A stretch of 64,000 bases of DNA, taken from NCBI GenBank assembly GCA_965531145.1, contig CBESOE010000009.1, positions 828-64,827 of the forward strand. Reading direction: 5' to 3'. A program made the translations under genes and the position numbers. Positions 26,362 through 36,204 of this stretch are shown here, piece after piece (the first letter of the stretch is position 1; each line of letters begins with the position of its first letter). The DNA is from an uncultured bacterium. Lineage in GTDB: Bacteria; Acidobacteriota; JAQAZP01. The notes below the pieces were generated by a model that was not told the DNA's origin, made no database searches, and saw nothing but the letters and a program-made list of their open reading frames with translations.

Positions 26362-28647
26362 CTACCCCCCAACCAGTTCCCGCAGCAGTGCCTGGACACC
26401 TTCCCGGTGCCCGGCCTCGCTGCCCACGCAGGCCGGACAGCCATTGCGGCACCCGCAGCGGTCCACCACGTCAAGGGCCGCGGCAAGCCAGGTCTCCAGC
26501 TGGTCGAACCCCAGCCGGGCAAAGCCAATGCCGCCGGGGTGCAGGTCATAGACGACCACGGCACTGCGCACCGAGGGCAGGCTCACCCCATCTTCGGAGA
26601 GCTTTCCCGGCAGGGCCAGGGTAACCACGCCCGAACAGACATCCCGGGCATCGCACAGGGCAAAGAGGGAGAGGGTCCTCTCCAGCAGGTAGGCCAGGCC
26701 TTCGGCGGCTTTGGCCATGGATCGGCCACCGGCGGCCGTCGCGGTGTCGGGCAGGGCCAGCCAGACCCCCACGGTTTCCAGGGTGGTCTCCGGCAGGTCC
26801 AGTTCCTCCAGGGCCAGGCCGGCGGGGGTGCGGGGCCCGAATTTGCGGAAGCCGCTGACCCGGCTGGTCACGGCCACTTCGGCCACCCCGACGGGTGATC
26901 CCGAACCAGCCAGGGGTCGTGAACTGATCTCCCGGCCCACGGCCAGTTTGATGTCGGTGATCGGACGGGTGAGATACCCCGGGTCGTGCCGGGTGACATG
27001 GGCGATTCCGTCGTCGAGGTTCAGTTCGGTCACCATCCAGGGCTCCCCCAGGTGAAGGTAGACCGCGCCGGGGTGGACCAGCAGGCCGGCGGCACTCTGC
27101 TCCACCGTGCCCACCTCCTCCCCGCTCTCCCGGTCGATGATGATCACCGTGGATTGTGAGGCGCTGCGCAGACTGACCGCACCGGCGGGGTGGTCCTCCC
27201 CCTGCCACCCCAGGCCGTGGGCCGCCGGACCCAGGTGGCCCAGGTCCAGCAGTTCGGGAAGCAGCTCATCCAGCAGGGGGAAGAAGCTGGTGTCGTCGGG
27301 GGTCAGGGGGATCTCCGCCGCGGCGGCGGCGAGGTGCGCCTGCAGCACCATCGGGTTCCCGGGGTTGATCACCGCTCGCTCCGCCGGAGAGCCGAAGAAG
27401 AACTCGGGGTGGCCGGCAATATACTGGTCGGTGGGGCTGTTCTCCGCCACCAGCAGGGTGAGCGAGGGCGCATCCCGACGGCCGGCCCGGCCCGCCCGCT
27501 GCCAGGTGGCGGCCACCGAACCGGGGTAGCCGCAGAGCAGGCAGAGGTCCAGACCGCCAACATCGATGCCCAGTTCCAGTGCGGTGGTGGAGACCACCGC
27601 CAGCAGGGCTCCGGAGGAGAGGTCGCGTTCCAGGCGGCGCCGCTCCTCCGGCAGGTAGCCCGAGCGGTAGGCACTCACCGGCGCCGACCCCTCCACCACA
27701 CCCGCTCCGGCACCGGCCTGGCGGGCCAGGCGCTCGGCGGTCATCCGCGAGGGCACAAAGGCGATGGTGCGCACCCCGTGGGCCACAGCCTCCCGCAGCA
27801 GCCTCCCCCCTTCCTGCACCGCTCCCGGTTTCCGGTCATCCCGGGGATCCGGCGGCGGGTTCCAGAAGAGGAAGGTCCGCTCGCTGTGCGGAGCGCCATC
27901 GTCGCCCACCGCCACCGGTATGAGGCCGGTGAGGCCCCGGGCCAGTTCCTCCGGGTTGCCGATTGTGGCCGAGCAGCAGACAAAGACCGGGTCGCTGCCG
28001 TAGAGCCGGCAGACCCGGCGCAGGCGGCGGATCACATTGGCCACGTGGGAGCCGAAAACACCGCGATACCCGTGAATCTCATCGATCACCACCAGCCGCA
28101 GGTTTTCAAAGAAAAACTGCCAGTGCCGCAGCCCGTGGTTGGGCAGGATCCCGGTGTGCAGCATGTCCGGGTTGCTGAGGATGATGTTGGCTTCCCTCCG
28201 TAGCGGTCCCCGGGCGGTTTGAGGAGTGTCGCCGTCGTATACCCCGGCGCGGAGGGTGAAGGACGGGTCACCACCGGCCAGCACCTTGAGCGCCCGCAAC
28301 TGGTCCTGGGCCAGGGCCTTGGTGGGAAAGAGCATCAAAGTTCGGCTGGCCGGGTCGGCAAGAATCGACTCCAGGGCCGGCACGGTGTAGCAGAGCGATT
28401 TGCCGCTGGCCGTACCGGTGGTGAGCACCACGTGCGAACCGCCGCGCACGGCAGTGACGGCCTCGGCCTGGTGACGGTAGAGCCGGGAGATGCCGGCGGC
28501 CGACAGCATCCGCTCCACCGCCGGTGCCATGGAAAACCCGGCTCCGGCGAAATCCGCCGGCCGGGGCGGCAACGTCCGATGCTCGGCAATGGACGACCGG
28601 TGAGCACCGTCGCTGAGGATCTGCTGCAGATAACTGTCAAGGGACAT
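26362..28647 (-). CDS. DEAD/DEAH-box helicase with C-terminal DUF1998 zinc-ribbon domain (MrfA/YprA-like).
   Basis: Walker A TGTASGKS, DEAH-like VVIDEIHGY, SAT, helicase-C motifs, and C-terminal CGCRNGCPACV DUF1998 cysteine cluster. Start taken at internal ATG (MSLDSYLQQ). Confidence 0.85.
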   Translation of the reverse strand: MSLDSYLQQILSDGAHRSSIAEHRTLPPRPADFAGAGFSMAPAVERMLSAAGISRLYRHQAEAVTAVRGGSHVVLTTGTASGKSLCYTVPALESILADPASRTLMLFPTKALAQDQLRALKVLAGGDPSFTLRAGVYDGDTPQTARGPLRREANIILSNPDMLHTGILPNHGLRHWQFFFENLRLVVIDEIHGYRGVFGSHVANVIRRLRRVCRLYGSDPVFVCCSATIGNPEELARGLTGLIPVAVGDDGAPHSERTFLFWNPPPDPRDDRKPGAVQEGGRLLREAVAHGVRTIAFVPSRMTAERLARQAGAGAGVVEGSAPVSAYRSGYLPEERRRLERDLSSGALLAVVSTTALELGIDVGGLDLCLLCGYPGSVAATWQRAGRAGRRDAPSLTLLVAENSPTDQYIAGHPEFFFGSPAERAVINPGNPMVLQAHLAAAAAEIPLTPDDTSFFPLLDELLPELLDLGHLGPAAHGLGWQGEDHPAGAVSLRSASQSTVIIIDRESGEEVGTVEQSAAGLLVHPGAVYLHLGEPWMVTELNLDDGIAHVTRHDPGYLTRPITDIKLAVGREISSRPLAGSGSPVGVAEVAVTSRVSGFRKFGPRTPAGLALEELDLPETTLETVGVWLALPDTATAAGGRSMAKAAEGLAYLLERTLSLFALCDARDVCSGVVTLALPGKLSEDGVSLPSVRSAVVVYDLHPGGIGFARLGFDQLETWLAAALDVVDRCGCRNGCPACVGSEAGHREGVQALLRELVGG

Positions 28648-28745
28648 GAAGATCTCCGGTCCGGCTTTACTGCCACCGGACGAAATGATAGCGTCAGGAG
28701 GCCCTGGGGGAAACCCCCTCTCCTTTCCTGCTGTGGAGATCACCG

Positions 28746-30155
28746 ATGAGGCTTGCCGGCACCTGTTGTACCACTTTGCTGATCCTGCTGCTCCTCGCCG
28801 TTCCGGGACGTGCGGAGGACGACGGCCCGCTGGCCGAAATCATCCTCGACTGCTCTCTGGCCATGAAGGCCGGCGATCCGGAACTCGATTCGCGGATGGA
28901 GATGGCCTGGCAGGCCCTGGCCGCACACTACCAGCGAATCGCCGAAGATCCCAATGGCCTCCTCCGCCCGCCCGCCCTGCGACTGGCCGGTGGTTCGTCC
29001 CGCAAGGACAACCCCTGGCAGCCTGGCCAGCTGGTCAACGACGGCAGCACCGGGACAACCCCGTTCCTCCCCGGTAATCCCCTGCCGCCGGCTCCGGAAG
29101 CCGGGGGCCTGCTCCCACTCTCCGCAGCGCTCTCCGCGGCCATGGACGATCTGGATCACCGCAGCAACCAGAGCCAGGGGTTCATTCTGCTCATTGCCGC
29201 CGGCTGGGAGGGGGGTTCCGGCAATCCCCACCACCTGGGCCGGGATTCGCGGGATGGCAGGGGAACACCGGTGATCCACGTGATCGGTCTGGCCCCGCTG
29301 CCGGCCGAGTCGCGGCAGTTGCACCAGCTCGCCGCCAGGACCGGAGGGATCTACCGTGAAGTTGGCGGCCCGGCCGGCCTGGCCCAGGCCCTGCACATCC
29401 TCGCCGGTTCCGGCGGCCTGAGGATCACGGCGTGGTCGAAAAGCAGGGTGGCTCCACCGCCCGGCTCGCGGCTGCGCATCGCCGATCGCCGCGGGTGGTA
29501 CCAGCGGGATTTCGACTACCTCGACTGGGTCCAGCGCGGCGGTCAGATCTGGGTCCCGCCGGGGCCCTACGATCTGGAGCTCACCTGCTCGGGACACGCA
29601 GCCCCCTTCCGGGCCCCGTCGTTGTCAGTGGACCAGGGCCGGCTCACCCGCCACCGGTTCATGCTGCCCGAAAGCGGTACGGTCACCGTACGATTCATTT
29701 CCCCGGAAGAGACTTCCCGGCAGGATGCTGCCGTATTCTCCATCCTCGATGAGGACGGCCAGCCGGTGTACCGGCAGACCGATTGCGACAGCTGCTCCCT
29801 CACCCTCTTCCCCGGCACATACACGGCCCGGGTCCGCCCCTACCCATGGGCCGGTGAGTTCGGCGTCCTCTCCCGGAAGTTCCGTATCGGTGAAGGGGAA
29901 GAAACACGCCTGGACATCCAGCTGCCCGCCGAAGGGCTACTGGTGATCGAGGGGGAAGAGACGGGGCCGCGGGTGATCATCGAGGACCGGCAGGGATTGA
30001 AGGTCATGAGCGGCCGGGCCGAGGATCCCCTCTCACTGCCCGAGGGACGCTACCGGCTGCAGATACTGAACGATGACCGGGAAGTGGTGAAATCGAAGCG
30101 CTTTCGCATCAGGGCGGGACGGACAAGCCGGCTGGGGCCGTTTCGCACGGAGTGA
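28746..30155 (+). CDS. Secreted protein with a degenerate VWA-like alpha/beta N-domain and C-terminal beta-sandwich repeats.
   Basis: Signal peptide MRLAGTCCTTLLILLLLAVPGRAED. EIILDCSLAM...GFILLIAAG...VIHVIGL strand pattern of a VWA fold with non-canonical MIDAS. Confidence 0.6.
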   Translation: MRLAGTCCTTLLILLLLAVPGRAEDDGPLAEIILDCSLAMKAGDPELDSRMEMAWQALAAHYQRIAEDPNGLLRPPALRLAGGSSRKDNPWQPGQLVNDGSTGTTPFLPGNPLPPAPEAGGLLPLSAALSAAMDDLDHRSNQSQGFILLIAAGWEGGSGNPHHLGRDSRDGRGTPVIHVIGLAPLPAESRQLHQLAARTGGIYREVGGPAGLAQALHILAGSGGLRITAWSKSRVAPPPGSRLRIADRRGWYQRDFDYLDWVQRGGQIWVPPGPYDLELTCSGHAAPFRAPSLSVDQGRLTRHRFMLPESGTVTVRFISPEETSRQDAAVFSILDEDGQPVYRQTDCDSCSLTLFPGTYTARVRPYPWAGEFGVLSRKFRIGEGEETRLDIQLPAEGLLVIEGEETGPRVIIEDRQGLKVMSGRAEDPLSLPEGRYRLQILNDDREVVKSKRFRIRAGRTSRLGPFRTE

Positions 30156-31475
30156 TCACTTCTTCAGGCCGGCCAGCCGCAGCAGCCTCTCGGCCAGTTC
30201 TTGCTGCTCGTCCTTGTAGCGGCTGAACAACTGCATCGCCTTCTGCTGCTCACCCATCTTGTAGTAGACGAAGGCCAGGCAGAGGTTCACCTCCGGCAGG
30301 TCCGGGGCCACCTGCCGCACCATCTCCAGGTGGTCGTGGGCTTCCTCCAGACGTCCCACCATGGAGAGGGACAGGCCGAGGTGGAACCGCGCCTCCAGGT
30401 CTCCCTCGTCCAGGTCCAGGGCCCGTTTCAGCGACCTCGCCGCCCCGGCGGCATCCCCCTGCTCCAGCAGCAGGACCCCGACCTTGTAGTGGCCGTCAGG
30501 ATCCCGGGGGTTGAGATCGGCGGCCCGGCGGAAGGCGGTGAGCGCCGGTTCCCGGCGGCCGGCCCGCCAGCGGACCTCACCAAGATAGTAGTGGCCGTCG
30601 GCATTGCGATCCTGCAGCTCGATAACCTGGCGGAACTCCGCTTCCGCTTCACCCAGGGCCCCGCGTTCCAGCAGCACGGCACCGAGGCAGAGCCGACCCT
30701 CGGCCGAGTCGGGGGCCACGGCCAGCAGTTGCCGGACCACCTTCTCCGCCAGGTAGTAGAGCCCCTGGTTGTTGTACGCCACGGCCTTGTTCAGCATGGC
30801 GCAGATGTTCTTGGGATCCATCTCCAGCGCCAGGCTGAACTGGTTCACCGCGCTCTCCACTTCGCCTTGCCCGTAGAGCGAAATACCCAGGCCCACATTG
30901 GCCTCGGCCCAGTCCGAGTGCGCGTCCATCAGGATACGGAACTGCTCCGCGGCTTCGGTGTGCCGCCCCATCCGCTCCAGCACGTACCCCTTGTGCAACC
31001 GGGCGGTCTGGCTGGAGTCGTCGATGCGCAGGGACTCGTTCAGCTCCTCCAGGGCCCGTTCGTAGAGACCGACGCTGTGCAGCATCGATCCCATCACCAT
31101 GTGGGTGAAACTGGAATCAGGGCCCGAGGATTCGGCCAGCCGGATCAGCGGGGCGATGGAGTCGGCCGAGTGGTGGGCCGGGAGGTGCAGGCGGTGTGCC
31201 GCCCCGGGATGGTTGTAAGCCCGCCGGCTGCGACCGGTGAAGGGGATCAACCGGCCGGAAGCCTGGTCGGCCATGGCGGCCTCCACCAGACCGGCCGGGG
31301 TGTCCGGATCAGTCGGCTCCGCCTTGCCGCGGGAGAGCTGGAGGTAGCAGATCTCGGAACAGACGATGTTTCGCCAGAGCGGCTCGACCTTTTCCGCGGG
31401 ATCCGAACCGGGCGCACCAGTGCCGCCCTTGATGTCCCCACCGCAGATCGGACAACTGTCGGTCAGTTTGACCAT
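30156..31475 (-). CDS. TPR-repeat protein with N-terminal zinc-ribbon.
   Basis: CPICGG...CSEICY Cys4 ribbon, then 8+ TPR units (AHYYLGEVRWRAGRREPALTAFRRAADLNPRDPD...). Stop codon abuts the convergent 28746..30155 stop (TGATCA). Confidence 0.75.
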   Translation of the reverse strand: MVKLTDSCPICGGDIKGGTGAPGSDPAEKVEPLWRNIVCSEICYLQLSRGKAEPTDPDTPAGLVEAAMADQASGRLIPFTGRSRRAYNHPGAAHRLHLPAHHSADSIAPLIRLAESSGPDSSFTHMVMGSMLHSVGLYERALEELNESLRIDDSSQTARLHKGYVLERMGRHTEAAEQFRILMDAHSDWAEANVGLGISLYGQGEVESAVNQFSLALEMDPKNICAMLNKAVAYNNQGLYYLAEKVVRQLLAVAPDSAEGRLCLGAVLLERGALGEAEAEFRQVIELQDRNADGHYYLGEVRWRAGRREPALTAFRRAADLNPRDPDGHYKVGVLLLEQGDAAGAARSLKRALDLDEGDLEARFHLGLSLSMVGRLEEAHDHLEMVRQVAPDLPEVNLCLAFVYYKMGEQQKAMQLFSRYKDEQQELAERLLRLAGLKK

Positions 31476-31586
31476 TCTCCGGCACCTTCCTCCGGCCGCC
31501 GCACAATCATCTATTCTCTATATCCCATCGACCCCAAATATAGTGCCCTGCAGTGGAAAGTCAATCAAAACAATGGCGGAGGCGGT

Positions 31587-33587
31587 TCAGTGGAGCCGAC
31601 CGCCGGCCACGGTTCCGCCGTGGGTCAGCCCCAGGCCGGCGTACGCATCGCTGTCGAAGAGGTCCATCAGGGTCAGGGACGGGCCGTCCGTGTTCCAGGC
31701 CCGCAGTTGCGGGACCTGACCCGCATCGGGCCCCGGCATGGTGAGGATTTCATCGATGCCGTCGCCATCCAGGTCGGCGCAGGCCACCCGGGCACCGTAC
31801 GCCGCACCGTCGTACGCGAAAAAGTTCACCGCGGAAAGTGGAGAGACCGTGGCGCCGTCGAAAGACCAGCCACGAACGTGGGGCCCGAAGACCGCGCCGG
31901 GGCCGGCACCGGTGACGATCTCATCATACCCGTCGCCGTCCAGGTCGCCGCCGGCCACGTTGACGCCGAATTTCAGGGTACCGTAGGCAAAGAAACTCAC
32001 TCCGGCAACTGGCGCCCCCCTAGGGCTGAAGGCCCGAACGTGGGGCCCCAGTACATCCCCGGGGCCGGGACCGCTGAGCAGCTCGTCCCGGCCGTCCCCG
32101 TCCAGGTCGGCGCAGGCCACGTTGACCCCGTAACCCGTCACACCGTATGCGTCCCACCCGGCCATGGGCCCGCCTGGGGCCAGGCCGCTCCAGCTGCGCA
32201 CAGTGGGCGGGTTACCGGGTGCAGGCCCGGGCCCGGTGACCGCCAGCAGGCCGCTCACCGCGGTGCCGGTGCCCTGCCGCACCAGCACCAACCAGTGCTC
32301 GCCGCTGCCGTCGGGATCCAGTTCGTTGCGCAGCAGATGCTTGCCCTGCAGATCGTCCAGCCCGCCGTGGAAGTAGAGGTCCATGTCGCCGTCTCGGTCG
32401 TAGTCGGCCACGGCCAGACAGTCCACCTGGCGGAAGAGATCGTCCTGCTCCAGACCCATGGCCCCGGTGACATCCTCAAAGATCCCGGTCTCCTCCGGCC
32501 CGAGATTCTCGAACAGATGGGCATAGTGCTCGTACCACTGGCAAAGCAGTAGGTCCAGGTCCCCATCGTTGTCATGGTCCACCCAGATCCCGCTGTGCCA
32601 CTCGTTCTGCATGGCGGGTAACCCGTTGTCGTCGTCGCTGGTGTTGTAGAACGTGCCGTCACCCTCGTTGCGGTAAATGGCCGCCCGACCGTGGATGTTG
32701 GCCACCACCAGGTCGAAGTCGCCGTCGTTGTCGTAGTCGCCCCAGGACGCTCCGCTGGCCAGCCCGATGCCGTAGCGACCGTGGGGCTCGATGTGCACGC
32801 CGGCCTCTTCCGCCACATCGGTGAAATAGCCGGCGCCGTTGTTCTGCCACAGCAGGTTTTCCCACGAGGGATCGGTGGTGGAGACGCCGTAGACCGGCAC
32901 GAAGACGTCGAGGTCCAGGTCGCCGTCATAGTCACAGGCCGCCGCCCCCCGGGACTGCAGCTCGAAGTTGATGTTGCCCAGCTGGGGGATGCGCAGCTCG
33001 GTGACATCGGCCCAGACCGCCGGTGACGACGCTTCGAAGAGACGGTCGGGCCCCCGCAGGTAGTTGGGCTCCCAGTTGCCGAAGATTGTCTGGTAGATCT
33101 CGCAGGCGCCGTTGCCGTCGGCTTCGAAAAAGAGCGGGGTCTCGGATCGGAGGTTGGTGGGATTCTGGTGGATGGTGGACCGGCTGAAGGAAAGGCCCGG
33201 ACCGCTGTTGTCAAAGTAGTGGGCCCCGGTGGTCCGGCCCACGGTGGTCACCAGGTCACAGGACTGAACGCAGTCCTGGTCGCCGTCGTTGTCGGCGTCG
33301 GCCCAGCTCATGCGGTAGTCGTAGCCCCACTCGGTTTCCAGGCCCAGGCCGGTGGAGAGGGTGAAGGTGCCGTCCCAATTGTTGAGGTAAAGGATATCCC
33401 CGCCCAGGTGCAGGTCGGGCCAGCCGTCGCTGTCGGCGTCGGGCCAGGCGGCGTAACTGCCCCCGGCGATCTGGCCCGGCTCGGCACCCAGCGCCGGCAA
33501 GGTCACCTCGACGAAGCCGGCCATGGCGGGCAGGCAGAAAACCAGGGAGAGGAGGAAGGGTACCAGGGTGAACCGCGCCTGCTTCAT
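31587..33587 (-). CDS. Secreted FG-GAP/VCBS-repeat beta-propeller protein (ASPIC/UnbV-like).
   Basis: Signal peptide MKQARFTLVPFLLSLVFCLPAMA. Repeated DxDGDGxxDL Ca-binding FG-GAP loops throughout (DYDGDLDLDV, DYDNDGDFDLVV, DHDNDGDLDLLL, DLDGDGRDELL...). Confidence 0.8.
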   Translation of the reverse strand: MKQARFTLVPFLLSLVFCLPAMAGFVEVTLPALGAEPGQIAGGSYAAWPDADSDGWPDLHLGGDILYLNNWDGTFTLSTGLGLETEWGYDYRMSWADADNDGDQDCVQSCDLVTTVGRTTGAHYFDNSGPGLSFSRSTIHQNPTNLRSETPLFFEADGNGACEIYQTIFGNWEPNYLRGPDRLFEASSPAVWADVTELRIPQLGNINFELQSRGAAACDYDGDLDLDVFVPVYGVSTTDPSWENLLWQNNGAGYFTDVAEEAGVHIEPHGRYGIGLASGASWGDYDNDGDFDLVVANIHGRAAIYRNEGDGTFYNTSDDDNGLPAMQNEWHSGIWVDHDNDGDLDLLLCQWYEHYAHLFENLGPEETGIFEDVTGAMGLEQDDLFRQVDCLAVADYDRDGDMDLYFHGGLDDLQGKHLLRNELDPDGSGEHWLVLVRQGTGTAVSGLLAVTGPGPAPGNPPTVRSWSGLAPGGPMAGWDAYGVTGYGVNVACADLDGDGRDELLSGPGPGDVLGPHVRAFSPRGAPVAGVSFFAYGTLKFGVNVAGGDLDGDGYDEIVTGAGPGAVFGPHVRGWSFDGATVSPLSAVNFFAYDGAAYGARVACADLDGDGIDEILTMPGPDAGQVPQLRAWNTDGPSLTLMDLFDSDAYAGLGLTHGGTVAGGRLH

Positions 33588-33712
33588 CGCGCGCGCTCCG
33601 TGACTGCCGTTGGCAAGAGTGGTGATTCCGGCGGATAATGGGGCCCGGTGAACCGCCCCGCCGGGCTGGTCCACTATACATCGACTGTGGACGGAGTACC
33701 CGGAGTCATGAA

Positions 33713-34576
33713 ATGAACGGAATCTATGCCGGCCGCTATCGCTGCTTCCCGCTGGAGACGGGAACGATGACCCTCGACGGGTCGAGCATGTTCAAGTCGG
33801 CGCCGCCTGAGGCCTGGAGACGCCACTTCGAGGTCGAGGACGACGGCAGCCTGCTCTTTGCCGTGCGCAGCCTGTTGCTGCGCAGCCGGGCCGCCACCGT
33901 GCTGGTGGACACCGGCTGCGGCTCCACCCTGCCGGCGGAACTGGTGGAGCAGTATGTCGTCGACCACTCGGTGGAGTCTCTGGATCGTTCGCTGGCAGCC
34001 GTCGGCGTGTCCGCTGACGAGGTGACCCACGTGGTACTGACCCACCTGCACCTCGACCACCTCGGTGGGGCCACCGTCAGGCGGGACGGCGAATTGCGGC
34101 TGGCCTTTCCCGACGCCGAGCACCTGGTGCAGCGCGCTCAGCTGGAGGCGGCCCTCCGGCCGCGGCCGGAAGAGGAGGACTCCTTCATTGCTGAGGACGT
34201 GGCGCTGCTTGCCGCGTCGGACCGCCTGCAGCTGCTGGAGGGGCCCGGCGAGATCCTGCCCGGTCTGGAGGTTGGGGTGGCCGACGGCCACACCCTTGGC
34301 CAGCAGTACGTGGTGGTGCGGGACGATGAGAAACCGCTGCTCTTCCCTGCCGACGTGATCCCCACCGCGGCCCACGTGCGCTTCCCCTGGTTCACCGCCT
34401 ATGACCGGGACGGCCGGCTGGCGGTGCGCGAGAAGAAACTGCTGCTGAAACGGGCCGCCATGGAGAACCACCTGCTGGTCTTCGACCACGAACCGCGCTT
34501 CGCCGCCTGCACGGTGGGGAGAGATGGCCGCAGGTTCACCGTCGGTGAAATTTGGGGACAGCTACCTTTTTCGTAA
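33713..34576 (+). CDS. MBL-fold metallo-hydrolase.
   Basis: HxHxDH motif LTHLHLDHLGG plus downstream His/Asp ligands. GGAG RBS 7 nt before ATG 33713. Confidence 0.8.
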   Translation: MNGIYAGRYRCFPLETGTMTLDGSSMFKSAPPEAWRRHFEVEDDGSLLFAVRSLLLRSRAATVLVDTGCGSTLPAELVEQYVVDHSVESLDRSLAAVGVSADEVTHVVLTHLHLDHLGGATVRRDGELRLAFPDAEHLVQRAQLEAALRPRPEEEDSFIAEDVALLAASDRLQLLEGPGEILPGLEVGVADGHTLGQQYVVVRDDEKPLLFPADVIPTAAHVRFPWFTAYDRDGRLAVREKKLLLKRAAMENHLLVFDHEPRFAACTVGRDGRRFTVGEIWGQLPFS

Positions 34577-34622
34577 TTACATACAAACAAAGGTCCTGAC
34601 GAAACAGGTAACTGTCCCCATC

Positions 34623-36077
34623 TTAGAACGGCAGCACGCCCCAGCCGGAGACGCCGAAGAAGAAGGCCAGGATGCTCAGGTCGTCCCCGTCCACCACCCC
34701 GTTGCCGTCCAGGTCCGCCGGCGGCAGCCACTGCTCGCCGCCTTCCCCGGAACCAAAGGCATAGGAGACGCTGCTGAGGTCGATGCCGTCCACCCGGCCG
34801 CTGAGGTTCACGTCACCCCCCAGGGGCATTCCGGCCATGGTCTGCTCGATGAGCCAGAGGGCGGCGGGCAGGTTTTCCTCGAAGGTGGGCTGGATGTCCG
34901 AGGGTGGGTTGACGAACCCGTCGAGGCCGTTGTCCGGCCCGGGCCGCAGTTCGATGGTGAAGGCTGGGATGCGGAAGGTGCCGTACACCCAGTCGACGGT
35001 GTCGCCGTTGGTCAGGTAGAGCAGGTCGCTGCCGCCGCCCTCGTAGGGCACACCGTGCACTGCGGTGATCATGGCGGCCATGTGGCGGGACATCCAGACA
35101 TAGTACGAATCGTCGGCGGTGGGCTCGATGGTGTAGCCCCAGGCCTTGAGCACCAGCTGGGAGAAGTTGTGGTAGCTGATGACGGCGGAGAAGGCCCGCC
35201 CGGTGCTCATCAGGTCGCGGATCGCCCGGCACTCCGGCTCGGAGAATGCCGCCGGCCCGCGGTAGGTCCCGGATCCCGGGTTGGGGCTGGAACCCTCGTT
35301 GTCCCGGCCCCACTGGTAGCTGTAGTTGCGGTTGAGGTCAACGCCCATGGTGCCGTTGCTGTTCTCCCGCCGGTTTTTGCGCCAGAGCCGGTCCTGCTCC
35401 ACCGAGAAGATATGGCCGTCGGGGTTGATCATGGGCACCACCCAGATCTCGGAGCCGCGGACGGAGGCCTGGGCCTGCCCGCCGGCTCCACTCTGCTCCA
35501 GCAGGTGGCGGGCGATGAGCAGCGTGGTCTCCACCGAGATCCACTCCCGGGCGTGGTGGCAGCCCACCAGCAGGACCCGCGGTTCATCCCCCTCGTCCAG
35601 TTCCACGTTGTCGCTGATTTTCAAAGCCCAGAGGGGGTGCCCCCCCACGCTCTGACCGATATGGTGCAGGGCGGCGATAGCGGACCAGCTGTCGGCCAGA
35701 GCCGCCATTTCAGCGTTCAGTTCTTCATAGGTGTGGAAGGCCGACTCCTCAACCTCTCTGGTGATGTCGGTGTGGAAGGCGGAGAGGTCCTCCCGCAGCA
35801 CCAGAAAGCCCCCACGGCCCAGATCCAGGGTCTGCAGCAGCTCCGGCGCGGCGATCACCACCGCCCCGTCAGGACCCACGGAGAGAATATCCACCTGCCC
35901 GGCGGCCAGGGCCCGCAGTTGCGGGGATCCTGGTACCGCCCCGGGAACCCGGGCGATAATCTCGTCGGCGTTAACCTGGGAGAAGGCCAGGGGCAAAACA
36001 GTGAAAAACGCGGCCAGGATGAGACAGGAGAGAGAGCGAAACATCGGCAGCGGAAGCGTGGTCATCGTTGTCACCAT
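34623..36077 (-). CDS. Secreted M14 zinc carboxypeptidase with C-terminal dockerin-like Ca-binding repeat.
   Basis: HAREW zinc/substrate motif, NPDG, HNFSQL...; signal peptide. C-terminal DLDGNGVVDGDDLSILAFFFG dockerin-type loop. Start may be 36077 or 36044. Confidence 0.85.
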   Translation of the reverse strand: MVTTMTTLPLPMFRSLSCLILAAFFTVLPLAFSQVNADEIIARVPGAVPGSPQLRALAAGQVDILSVGPDGAVVIAAPELLQTLDLGRGGFLVLREDLSAFHTDITREVEESAFHTYEELNAEMAALADSWSAIAALHHIGQSVGGHPLWALKISDNVELDEGDEPRVLLVGCHHAREWISVETTLLIARHLLEQSGAGGQAQASVRGSEIWVVPMINPDGHIFSVEQDRLWRKNRRENSNGTMGVDLNRNYSYQWGRDNEGSSPNPGSGTYRGPAAFSEPECRAIRDLMSTGRAFSAVISYHNFSQLVLKAWGYTIEPTADDSYYVWMSRHMAAMITAVHGVPYEGGGSDLLYLTNGDTVDWVYGTFRIPAFTIELRPGPDNGLDGFVNPPSDIQPTFEENLPAALWLIEQTMAGMPLGGDVNLSGRVDGIDLSSVSYAFGSGEGGEQWLPPADLDGNGVVDGDDLSILAFFFGVSGWGVLPF

Positions 36078-36204
36078 TGATGGGTGCGGGCCGCGCCGCG
36101 GACCGGAACATCCCCGGTCCGCAGGCTCCCGCCACTGTGATAGTATAACTGATCGTTGGCCTCCCCGGCTGCGAATCTATCCATTTCCTGCGAGGATCAA
36201 CGCC

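Noticed and set aside
35731-36204. N-terminal 158-codon extension of the aminopeptidase ORF.
   Set aside because: Antisense to the M14 carboxypeptidase gene. The M29 homology starts at MMDPRY (36205), which has a good RBS.
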